Below, in pieces: positions 48,252 through 56,643 of a stretch of DNA of 64,000 bases. Positions within the stretch are counted from its first letter, which is position 1. Each line of letters begins with the position of its first letter. Source of the DNA: Candidatus Multivorans thiocomprendens. Lineage in GTDB: Bacteria; Acidobacteriota; Thermoanaerobaculia; Multivoradales; Multivoraceae. The DNA lies in assembly GCA_027493375.1 (NCBI GenBank), contig JAPVWO010000250.1:1743-65742 (forward strand), read 5' to 3'. A program made the translations under genes and the position numbers. Under the pieces are notes generated by a model, which had not been told where the DNA came from, ran no database searches, and was given only the letters and a program-made list of their open reading frames with translations.

Positions 48252-48946
48252 GCCGCAGGCGCCAACATACGGCGACCTCTCCGGCCGCGGCGTCCCCGGA
48301 TCGGATGCCGGGCATCGAAGAGCTTGCCGCCGACCTGCCGGTCCCCGCCGAACTTCAGGCCGGACTGCTCGAGATCGCCGTCGGCGCACCGCTTCACCGA
48401 GATGGCGAGGCGCGCGCCGCGGAACTCGAATCGCCGCTCGGATCCGAACTCGAGCCGCCGCCGGCTCTGATACGGCGGTTGCGAGCGATCCCGGCGCGCA
48501 ACCCGGCTCACCGGCCCGCGGTTCCCGGCGCGCCGCCTCGGACCGCGACGGCGGTCGCCGCCAGCTACGTGCTCGCGGTTGCCCTGACCCTGCTTCCCGG
48601 CGACCCGGTCGCCGCCGGCCGCAAGGCCGCCGCGAACCTCGGCGCCGCGGCCGGCGAACACGTGCTCGATCCCGTCGCCGAAGCCGGCTCCTCCATGCAG
48701 GCGGGCGTCGCGCAGCGTCTCGGCGCCGTCCGGAATCTCCGCCCCCCGGTCGGCTTCTTCACCGACCCCCTGGTCCTGGCCTCCGACCGCGTGAGCGCCT
48801 GGTTTCAGAGCGCGGTCGACTCGTCGTCCGAGGCCGCCGGCAAACTGGGCGGCCTGTGGCCATGGAGCGATACCGGCAATGACGACGGTCCTCCGCCCAC
48901 GAGCGGAGACCGTCCACAAACCCCGAGGGAGGGAACTTCCGCATGA
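48248..48946 (+). CDS. Putative anti-sigma factor (single TM), hypothetical
   Basis: GTGA overlap with the sigma stop and ATGA overlap with the next gene. One TM segment (TAVAASYVLAVALTLL). GC3 is high. No zf-HC2 motif is recognisable, so the call rests on position only. Confidence 0.4.
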   Translation: MSRRRQHTATSPAAASPDRMPGIEELAADLPVPAELQAGLLEIAVGAPLHRDGEARAAELESPLGSELEPPPALIRRLRAIPARNPAHRPAVPGAPPRTATAVAASYVLAVALTLLPGDPVAAGRKAAANLGAAAGEHVLDPVAEAGSSMQAGVAQRLGAVRNLRPPVGFFTDPLVLASDRVSAWFQSAVDSSSEAAGKLGGLWPWSDTGNDDGPPPTSGDRPQTPREGTSA

Positions 48947-49533
48947 GTACCGAGAGCGAACACGACCCGTCCCGGACCGACCGCACCGACACCGCCGGCC
49001 ATGAACAGGCCCCCGTGGCGGAGGCTCCGCCGCCACCACCGCCGCCGACGCCCGCCCAGGCAAGTCTCACGACCCGCCACGTGATCAGCGTCATCCTCGC
49101 CCTCTTCCCCGGGCTGGGCCACATCTACAACGGCCTCTACCAGCGGGGCATCGTGCTCTTCCTGCTCGCCGTCGGCTCCATCTATCTCGCCACCGAGGAG
49201 GGCGTGATGGGCATGGTCGTGGCCTTCGTGTGGCTCTTCAACATCATCGACGCCTATCGGCAGGCCTCGCTGATCGAGCGCGGCTTCGCCACGGACCTCG
49301 GGCTGCGGGACGCCCCGAAACCGCCCGCCAACGGGCAACTGGGCCTGCTGGCCGGCGCCGGTCTCTTCGTCATCGGCTTCCTGGCCCTGCTCGACTACAC
49401 CTTCGGCTACGACATCGACCGCGTGTGGGAGTTCTGGCCCCTGGGCCTGCTCGCGGCCGGCGCCTGGCTGATGATCGGCGCCTACAGGCAGTGGCTGCGC
49501 AACCGCGACGAGGCGAGGGCGGCTTCGGAGTAG
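48943..49533 (+). CDS. Membrane protein (Pro-rich N-terminus, 4-5 TM), hypothetical
   Basis: VISVILALFPGLGHIYNGLYQRGIVLFLL and FNIIDAYRQA resemble TM2/DUF-type small membrane domains. It is the third gene of the ECF operon. Confidence 0.5.
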   Translation: MSTESEHDPSRTDRTDTAGHEQAPVAEAPPPPPPPTPAQASLTTRHVISVILALFPGLGHIYNGLYQRGIVLFLLAVGSIYLATEEGVMGMVVAFVWLFNIIDAYRQASLIERGFATDLGLRDAPKPPANGQLGLLAGAGLFVIGFLALLDYTFGYDIDRVWEFWPLGLLAAGAWLMIGAYRQWLRNRDEARAASE

Positions 49534-49535
49534 GA

Positions 49536-50459
49536 CTAGCCCAGCTCGGCCCGCAGCTTGCCGTGCAGCGCGTCCGCGCCGTCGATCATCGCGTCGACCG
49601 TCCGGGCGCCGGCCAGGAACAGGCCGGTCAGGTTCAGCGCCACGCCGTCGAACCCCATCTCGCCGAGCTTCGCGGCGGCCGCGGCGACACGGTCGGGCTC
49701 CGTGTAGAAGGTCCGGTCGCTCTCGTTGCCGGGCCGCGGCGGCGGGGACACCTGAGCCTGGAACTCGAGCGCCGAAGGATCCCGGCCGGCCTCCTCGGCG
49801 TACCGGCGCACCGCGGCGATGGCCTGATCGCCGTTCTCGAAGAGCTCGGCCGAGGCGACCCCCATCCAGCCTTCGCCGAGCCGTCCCGCCCGGCGAAAGG
49901 CGGCCTCGCTGTGACCGCCGATCCAGATCGGCAGCGCTTCGCCACGCGGCGGTTTGGGTTCCATCGCCATCGCCTCGAGCCGGTAGAACTCGCCGTCGAA
50001 GTCGATCGGGTCCTGGCTCCAGCAGGCGCGGAGCACCGCGATCGCCTCGTCCATGCGCCGGCCGCGGTTCCTGAAGTCGTGGCCCAGGGCCTCGTACTCC
50101 GACTCCTGCCAGCCAACCCCGAGGCCCAACCGCAGACGGCCGCCGGACAAGGTGTCCAGGGTCGCCGCCTGCTTGGCGGTCAGCACCGGGTCGCGCTGCG
50201 GCAGCACGAGAACCTCGGTGCCAAGCCCGATCCGGCGGGTGCATGCCGCCATGTAGCCGAGAGTGGCGAACGCCTCCATGATCGGCATCTTGGCCGGATA
50301 GCGGTTCTTCTCCCGACCCTCCGTGTCGTGGCCCATGACCACGTGGTCGAAGATGTCGAGCTGATCGAAGCCGATCTCGTCCATCGCGCCGGCAAGGCGG
50401 GCGATGGCCTCCGGCCCCTCGCGGTACACGACACTCGGAAACTCAAGGGCAAGCTTCAT
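49536..50459 (-). CDS. LLM class F420-dependent (luciferase-like) oxidoreductase
   Basis: EAFATLGYMAACTRRIGLGTEVLVLPQRDPVLTAKQAATLDTLSGGRLRLGLGVGW is the characteristic LLM core. Confidence 0.8.
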   Translation of the reverse strand: MKLALEFPSVVYREGPEAIARLAGAMDEIGFDQLDIFDHVVMGHDTEGREKNRYPAKMPIMEAFATLGYMAACTRRIGLGTEVLVLPQRDPVLTAKQAATLDTLSGGRLRLGLGVGWQESEYEALGHDFRNRGRRMDEAIAVLRACWSQDPIDFDGEFYRLEAMAMEPKPPRGEALPIWIGGHSEAAFRRAGRLGEGWMGVASAELFENGDQAIAAVRRYAEEAGRDPSALEFQAQVSPPPRPGNESDRTFYTEPDRVAAAAAKLGEMGFDGVALNLTGLFLAGARTVDAMIDGADALHGKLRAELG

Positions 50460-50491
50460 TCTCGGTGCTCCCGGGAAGGTGGGGGCGGCGC

Positions 50492-51265
50492 TTACGCGCC
50501 GGCCAGGAAGCGCTCACGCAGCCGTCTCATGCCGTTGAGCCAGCGGTCGTGGTCGGCCGTCTTGCGGCGCATGTACTCCTGGACCCGCGGGTGCGGCAGG
50601 ATGAGGAAGCGTTCCTGGTCGATCGCCCGAACGACGATGTCGGCCACCTCTTCCGCTTCCATCATTCCGTCGACGCCGGCCACGCCGGGGCCCCTCGCGG
50701 TCATCGCCGTGCGCACCGCCTGCGGACAGAGGACGGAGACCCGAATGCCCTCGTTGCCGTGGGTGATCGCGATCCACTCGGCCAGCGCCACGGCCGCGTG
50801 CTTGGTCACGGCGTAGGGCGCCGAACCGATCTGCGACAGGAGGCCGGCCGCCGAGGCCGTGCTCGCGATGTAGCCCTCGCCACGCTCGATCATCTTCGGC
50901 AGCACGGCGCGGGCCGCGAAGATGTGGGACATCACGTTGATCTCCCAGATGTTCTGCCAACCCTCGTCGCTCACCTCGACGCCGCCTCCGGTGCCGATGC
51001 CGGCATTCGAGAAGATGAGATCGATGTCGCCGAAGGCGGCCTCCGCGCGGGCGACCATGTCCTGGACCTCGCTCTCGACCGCCACGTCGACCGTCACGGC
51101 GATCGCTGCGGCGCCGATCTCCTCCGCCACCGCCGCCGCGCCGTCGCCGTCGCGGTCGGCGACCACGACTCCCCGCGCGCCGTCGGCGGCGAACCGCCGG
51201 CAGAGCGCCCTGCCGATTCCGCTGGCGCCGCCGGTGACGACGCAGTTCCTGCCCTGTATCTCCAT
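50492..51265 (-). CDS. SDR family oxidoreductase
   Basis: Start trimmed to the ATG at 51265. TGGASGIGRA (TGxxxGxG), NAG and the catalytic YAVTKHA (YxxxK) are present. Confidence 0.9.
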   Translation of the reverse strand: MEIQGRNCVVTGGASGIGRALCRRFAADGARGVVVADRDGDGAAAVAEEIGAAAIAVTVDVAVESEVQDMVARAEAAFGDIDLIFSNAGIGTGGGVEVSDEGWQNIWEINVMSHIFAARAVLPKMIERGEGYIASTASAAGLLSQIGSAPYAVTKHAAVALAEWIAITHGNEGIRVSVLCPQAVRTAMTARGPGVAGVDGMMEAEEVADIVVRAIDQERFLILPHPRVQEYMRRKTADHDRWLNGMRRLRERFLAGA

Positions 51266-51342
51266 GGGCGGCGATCGTAGCAATTGCTCGAACGAGCCGC
51301 AGGATGCGGCTAGAATCGCCCTCTGACCGGCGCCGCAGCCAG

Positions 51343-52497
51343 ATGACCGCAGACCAACCATCGCTGCACCGGCAGTTACTGAAGGGCCTCGAAGAGGAGG
51401 TCTACACCGGCACCGCCGACGGCCACGTGCTGCCGCTCTCGGCCCACGTCAAGGCAGCGATGGACGGCTACACGACCGAGCCGGACGGCCGCAACGTCGA
51501 GTTCACGACGGCGCCCTACCGCAGCTACCAGGTCCTGATCGACCGCCTGATGGCGAAGCGCTGCGCCCTGCGCCGCTACCTGGAAGCCGAGCACGGCTGC
51601 ACGCTGGTACCCGGCGGCGCGCTCTCCCTGGCCGGCCCCGATTCCTTCCACTTCTCCGACCCGGACAACCCTTACTACCGCTACATAAGGGACACGTACG
51701 GCAACCGGGTCGTAACCGCGTCGACCCACATCAACCTCGGCATCGACGAACCGGACGAGCTGCTCCGCGCCTACCGGGTGTTGCGGCTCGAGGCGGCGAT
51801 CTTCCTGGCCCTGACCGCGGCATCGCCCTTTCTGGCCGGCAAGCCGACCGGCCAGCATTCCAGCCGCTGGCTTCGCTTCCCCCTGACCCCGGAGCGGGTG
51901 CCGTTCTTCGCCGACGCCGCCACGTTCGCGGTCTGGATGGACGAACAGCTCGAGAGCGGAACGATGCAGAACCAGCGCCACCTGTGGCTCGGCATCCGGC
52001 CGAACGGACCGGCGACGCCCAGGGTCCTGGATCGCCTGGAGCTTCGCATCTGCGACCGGATCAGCGATCCCCACATCCTGCAGGCGGTCACGGCGCTCTA
52101 CGAGGCCCGGGTCTGGCAGGTGCTGGAACAGCCCGACCTCGATCCCCTGCGTGAACGGTCCTCGCCGAAGCTCGAGGAGCTGGCCGCCGCCAACGAGCGG
52201 GCCGCGGGCACGAAGAGCCTCGACGCGGTCGGCGTGAACTGGGTGGACGGCCGTGCACTCACGTTCAGGGACTGGATCCGGTCGATGCTCGACGATGTCG
52301 CCGAGACCGCGAATCGTCACGGCTTCGCTTCCCTGCTTCAGCCGCTCGAAGCTGTTCTCGCCAACGGCAATCCGGCGATCCAGTGGCTGCGCCGGGTGGA
52401 ACAGGGGACGACGCCCCAGCAGGTCATCCAGGAGGCGATCGTCGAGCTGGCCGCGCTGGACCGGGAGTTCGACCCGAGCTGTCCCCTGGTGGCCTGA
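51343..52497 (+). CDS. gshA: Glutamate--cysteine ligase, cyanobacterial/GCS2-like type
   Basis: LLKGLEEEVYTGTADGHVLPLS...TTEPDGRNVEFTTAPY matches my recollection of the group-3 GshA N-terminus. The size of 384 aa fits. Confidence 0.6.
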   Translation: MTADQPSLHRQLLKGLEEEVYTGTADGHVLPLSAHVKAAMDGYTTEPDGRNVEFTTAPYRSYQVLIDRLMAKRCALRRYLEAEHGCTLVPGGALSLAGPDSFHFSDPDNPYYRYIRDTYGNRVVTASTHINLGIDEPDELLRAYRVLRLEAAIFLALTAASPFLAGKPTGQHSSRWLRFPLTPERVPFFADAATFAVWMDEQLESGTMQNQRHLWLGIRPNGPATPRVLDRLELRICDRISDPHILQAVTALYEARVWQVLEQPDLDPLRERSSPKLEELAAANERAAGTKSLDAVGVNWVDGRALTFRDWIRSMLDDVAETANRHGFASLLQPLEAVLANGNPAIQWLRRVEQGTTPQQVIQEAIVELAALDREFDPSCPLVA

Positions 52498-52515
52498 CGG
52501 CAGCCTCCGCTGGCG

Positions 52516-53010
52516 TCAGCCTGCCGCCAGGCGGGCATAGCGGCCGCCGTGGAACAGCAGCGGCTCCGCGTCGCGCAGCCGTTCGCCGGCGACGACATCG
52601 CCGATCACGATGATGTGATCGCCTCCGTCGATCCGATCCGCGATCCGGCATTCCAGGTGGACCAGCGCGTTCTCGATCAGGGGCTCGCCCAGGCTGCCCT
52701 GCCGGAACGCGACGCCCAGCAGCGAGCCCGTAGCCGGCGCGGTCGTGCGCGCGAAGGTGTTCGAGATCTCCTCCTGGTCGGACGCCAGGATGCTGAGGCC
52801 GAAAGCTCCCGCCCGCAGCATCTGCCGGTAGCAGTTCGACTCCCGGTCGACGCAGACGAGGAGCTGCAGCGGTTCGAGCGAGAGCGAGCAGACGGCGTTC
52901 GCCGTCATTCCATGGAGCCGGCCGTCCACGTTCGTCGTCACCACCGTGACGCCCGTCGCGAACTGGCCGATCAGGCCGCGGTAGGTATCGCGGTCCAGCT
53001 CAGAAGGCAT
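52516..53010 (-). CDS. Flavin reductase family protein (FMN-binding split barrel)
   Basis: YRGLIGQFATGVTVVTT...HGMTANAVCSLSLEPLQLLVCVD. I prefer the ATG at 53010; the GTG at 53025 is the alternative. Either start overlaps the 3' end of the upstream protease gene. Confidence 0.8.
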   Translation of the reverse strand: MPSELDRDTYRGLIGQFATGVTVVTTNVDGRLHGMTANAVCSLSLEPLQLLVCVDRESNCYRQMLRAGAFGLSILASDQEEISNTFARTTAPATGSLLGVAFRQGSLGEPLIENALVHLECRIADRIDGGDHIIVIGDVVAGERLRDAEPLLFHGGRYARLAAG

Positions 53011-56000
53011 CGATGTCGATCTCACCGCAGATGCTCCCCGCCTCGTTCCGGTAGATCGCTACGCTATCGGCCAGCGTGTCGCTCACCGTGATCGTGTACT
53101 CCACGTCCGAGAGGCCGCCGTAGAGGAACCAGAAGCTGCCGTTCACTCCGCGGCCGTCCAGCATCTTCACCGCCAGTTCGACGTTCGAGGGGCTGAAGAA
53201 CCAGTAGAAGCCCGTCTTCCCCGTCGTCAGCGACGGGATCACGCTGGCGGTCCGTGGCACGTCCGCATCCACGTTCGGGTCGATGAAGTCGACTTCGACC
53301 GCGAACCGGTCGTCGAGCAGGCACAGCCGCTCGTCACTGGCCTCGCATCGACCCGAACGGTCACTTGCGAGTTCGATACCGCCAGGATCGAGGGACGCCA
53401 CGTCCATCCGCAGGAGGTCGAATCCCGGGCGGCCCGCACCGGTGCCGGGGGCGCGGGACGGACCCGTCGCGGCCGCCGTATCGATGAAGGCCAGAAGGTC
53501 CTTCTGACCGCAGACGTCCTTCGGCGAGTTGTGGTACGTCCGCCGCTCGCCGGTTTCCGCGTCTCTCACGGTGATCCAGTACTCGACGTCGGACAGCGCG
53601 CCGAAGAAAACCCAGTAGCTGCCGTTGATGGCCGTCCCGTCGAGGACCTTGACGACGAGTTCGATGTTCTCGGACTCGAAGAACCAGAACAGCCCGGACT
53701 CGTCCGAGATGTCCACAGCCACGGCCGTGCCCGCGCCGAACTCGTCCAGCACGTCCGGCCTGCTCCAGTGCGCCCGCGCCTCGAAGCGTCCGTCGCGAAG
53801 GCAGAGAAAGCCGGCCCCTTCCCGACAGGCGCCCCGGAAGGCGCCGGTCGTGACGCTGGCCTCCGGAGAGTAGTCCGCGGCCCCGGACCGGAGCCGGAAC
53901 GTGTAGGGAGTCTCCGCCTCGAGACCCGCGATCATGGTCCCTCCTGTCGTAGCCTGGGCCGTGCCAACCTCCATCCATCCGCTCGCCGGGTTCCGCGCCT
54001 CGACCGCCAGCGGTCCCCGCGCCGCCCGCGTCCACCCGCCGGTCCAGGTCAGTTCGACCGAGGTCTCGCCCGACGGAACGACCATCAGCCCGCCATCCTC
54101 CTCCTCGGGCGGGTCGCCGCTCGGCGCCGGCATTCCCCTGACCGTGTTGCTGGCGCGCGAGTAGCCGGCGTCGCTGTAGGCGAAGACGCGGTAGTCGAGG
54201 GCTTCGCTCCGGGCCAACTCAAACGAAGTGGCGCCAGCCGGGACCAGAGCAACCCGCGTCCAACGGCCGCCACCCACCACGGTGGTGTCCTGCCGGTCGT
54301 ACTCGGGCCGCAACTGGACCTCGAAACCCGTCTCTCCGCGCGAGTTGTCTCTCCAGGTCAACCTGGCCACGCCGCCGTCCACGCCCCAGTTGAGCCTGGT
54401 CGGCGCCGCCGGACCGCGGCCCGCCTCGCCCAGTCCCAACCTCGCGTAGCTGCGTTCGCCAACGCCCGCGTCGTTGTACGGCAGGACGAAGAAGAGGTAG
54501 CCGCCGCCGCGGGCCAGCCCCTCGATCTCGATCGCCTCGCTGTTGGCATCGGTCTCGAACAGGCCGAACCAGCCCGAGACGAGCGCCAGGACCCGGAAGC
54601 CCAGTTCGTCGGACGAATTGTCGCGCCACGTCAGACGAACGGACGTATCGCCCGTCACCCTGGCGGTCAGGTCGGAGACAGCCCTGGGCCCCGGCATGGG
54701 CGGCGATTCCAGGACGAGGAGGCTGCTGGCAGAGGTCCCGGCGATGCCATGCGCGTACACCCGAACGCTGTAGGAGATGTCCGGGAAGAGGCTTGTCAGG
54801 AGCGTCGATTCGCTGTTCGCCGAGACCCACTTCCGCCGCTGCAGCACTCCCCGGTACAGGAGCTGAACCTCGAAGAGACTCTCGTTGTCCGAGTTGTCGA
54901 CCCAGCTCACACGCGCCGAGTTCGTCCCGGCGCGGATGGGATCCTCCTCCACGACCGTGCGCCAGGCGAGTCCCGAAGGCGGGGCCGGCGCCGCGCCCGG
55001 AACGACCAGCGTGACCGTGCTGCTTCTCGCCGAGTAGGTGCTCTCCCCCCTGACCGCCCTGACGAAGAAGAAGTAGCGCGTGCCCGGGTCGGCCACCGGA
55101 AGATCGAGGGTCGCCGACCTCCGCTCCTCGAACCGTCGCGTCGGCAGGTTTCCCGTTCGACCGCGCTGCCAGTACGTTGCTTCGTAGCCATCCGCGTCGG
55201 GCGCGTTGTCCTGCCAGAGCAGCCGCACCGAGATGTCGCCGGCCATCCGGACCACCAGGTCCGTCGGCGCCGCGGGAGCGTCCTCCGGCAAGGCGTCGAC
55301 GAAGTCGCCGTAGCGGACGCCGAGGTGGATGCTGTCCCGCAGAGCGCGCTCGTTCTCCCGTTCGTTCGCGATGCCGATCACCCGGCCCTGCGGCTTGACG
55401 CGTACGCTCGACAGGTACGGTTCGCCCTGGCCGGTGTAACTCATGATCGTCCCGACGTTCGGGATGCGATCGAGATTGCCGTGCCCGAAGGCGTACGGCC
55501 TGAAGGCAAACTGGGGAGAACCGCCGTTCTCCGGGTCGTGGTGGGCGCCCAGGCCGTGGCCGACTTCGTGGGCGAAGATCGGCCCATCGTCCGAACAGGC
55601 GCTGGAGGTCCAACCGTAGGCGTACTCCGAGAACTCCTCCGCGCCGTCCGCCCGTGCCAAAAGGTAGTGCTGGCCGCACGCGCCTCCAAGCGCCCACGGC
55701 GACTCCCCGGTGAAGAGATGAACCAGATCGGCGCCGTGTTCACGCCGCAGCCGCAGCACCTCCCCGTCCCACCGCAATTGCGTGATGATCGAGGCGCCGT
55801 ACAGACCGGTGCCGTCTCTGCCGACACGGTCCAGGCCCGAGAGCTGCGCCATGTGGACGATTCTCGCGCTCACCCCGATGTTGCCGTTCCGCAGGACCAT
55901 GTTCAGGTAGTCCCCGGCACTCCGAATCGCCGCTCGGGCGCCTCCCCGATCCGCCCAGGTCGAAGCCGCCGCCCTCGTGTAGACGACCAGGATGTCGAGC

Positions 56001-56602
56001 TGTTCGTGGTTCCGTGGCGCAGCCACTCGCGCCGGCAGATCGACGGCCATCGCTTCGGCCGGAAGGCGTGCCTGCTCCCGCAATCGCGGATCGGAATCGC
56101 TGCCCACCGGGCAGAAAGCCTCGGGCTCGCGCCCGGGCAGGCCGAAGCTCGAAGCCATCTCACCGCCACCGTCGGGCCGGGCGCTGATCCGATATCGGAC
56201 ACCGCCGGGCTCACCGAACCAGCCGACCAGACGGCCACCCTCGACGGTCAGGACGACGCTGTCATGACCCGCACCCGAAAGACCGCCCGACCACATCAGG
56301 TCGCCGCCGCCCCGATCCTCGAAGACGCCGAGTTCCGCCTCCAGCACCAAGCCATTCGGCGTCGGCAGCTCCAGCCGGACCGGCTCCGTGCGAAGCAGCT
56401 CCATGTCGACCTGGACGGCGATGGAGGAAATCTCCGGCGCGAAGTCCTGGACGGAGACCGTTGCCGGCTGGGTCGCCTGCGGAATCAGCGTCAGCAGGCG
56501 CTGACCCTGAAGCGGCGCAGCGAGCAAGAGGAGCGCCGCGGCGGCAAGGACTCCACCAATCCGGCTTCCGTCGCACTCCAGTCTGGACAGGACTGACCGC
56601 AA
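53000..56602 (-). CDS. Secreted metzincin (reprolysin/M12B-like) metalloprotease with five FN3-like modules and a duplicated C-terminal domain of unknown function
   Basis: Signal peptide present. HEVGHGLGAHHD (HExxHxxGxxH) and Met-turn TIMSY are present. There are five repeats of the pattern VRLxWxDNSxxExGF. Two paralogous C-terminal modules of about 110 aa follow (LCLxDxRF...FWFF..N.EL.VK.LDG...NGS.W...G.LSDVEY.ITV.D). Confidence 0.75.
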   Translation of the reverse strand: MRSVLSRLECDGSRIGGVLAAAALLLLAAPLQGQRLLTLIPQATQPATVSVQDFAPEISSIAVQVDMELLRTEPVRLELPTPNGLVLEAELGVFEDRGGGDLMWSGGLSGAGHDSVVLTVEGGRLVGWFGEPGGVRYRISARPDGGGEMASSFGLPGREPEAFCPVGSDSDPRLREQARLPAEAMAVDLPARVAAPRNHEQLDILVVYTRAAASTWADRGGARAAIRSAGDYLNMVLRNGNIGVSARIVHMAQLSGLDRVGRDGTGLYGASIITQLRWDGEVLRLRREHGADLVHLFTGESPWALGGACGQHYLLARADGAEEFSEYAYGWTSSACSDDGPIFAHEVGHGLGAHHDPENGGSPQFAFRPYAFGHGNLDRIPNVGTIMSYTGQGEPYLSSVRVKPQGRVIGIANERENERALRDSIHLGVRYGDFVDALPEDAPAAPTDLVVRMAGDISVRLLWQDNAPDADGYEATYWQRGRTGNLPTRRFEERRSATLDLPVADPGTRYFFFVRAVRGESTYSARSSTVTLVVPGAAPAPPSGLAWRTVVEEDPIRAGTNSARVSWVDNSDNESLFEVQLLYRGVLQRRKWVSANSESTLLTSLFPDISYSVRVYAHGIAGTSASSLLVLESPPMPGPRAVSDLTARVTGDTSVRLTWRDNSSDELGFRVLALVSGWFGLFETDANSEAIEIEGLARGGGYLFFVLPYNDAGVGERSYARLGLGEAGRGPAAPTRLNWGVDGGVARLTWRDNSRGETGFEVQLRPEYDRQDTTVVGGGRWTRVALVPAGATSFELARSEALDYRVFAYSDAGYSRASNTVRGMPAPSGDPPEEEDGGLMVVPSGETSVELTWTGGWTRAARGPLAVEARNPASGWMEVGTAQATTGGTMIAGLEAETPYTFRLRSGAADYSPEASVTTGAFRGACREGAGFLCLRDGRFEARAHWSRPDVLDEFGAGTAVAVDISDESGLFWFFESENIELVVKVLDGTAINGSYWVFFGALSDVEYWITVRDAETGERRTYHNSPKDVCGQKDLLAFIDTAAATGPSRAPGTGAGRPGFDLLRMDVASLDPGGIELASDRSGRCEASDERLCLLDDRFAVEVDFIDPNVDADVPRTASVIPSLTTGKTGFYWFFSPSNVELAVKMLDGRGVNGSFWFLYGGLSDVEYTITVSDTLADSVAIYRNEAGSICGEIDIDAF

Positions 56603-56643
56603 GACATCCTCCGCTGCTATCCGGGACTCAGTACACTGGATTC

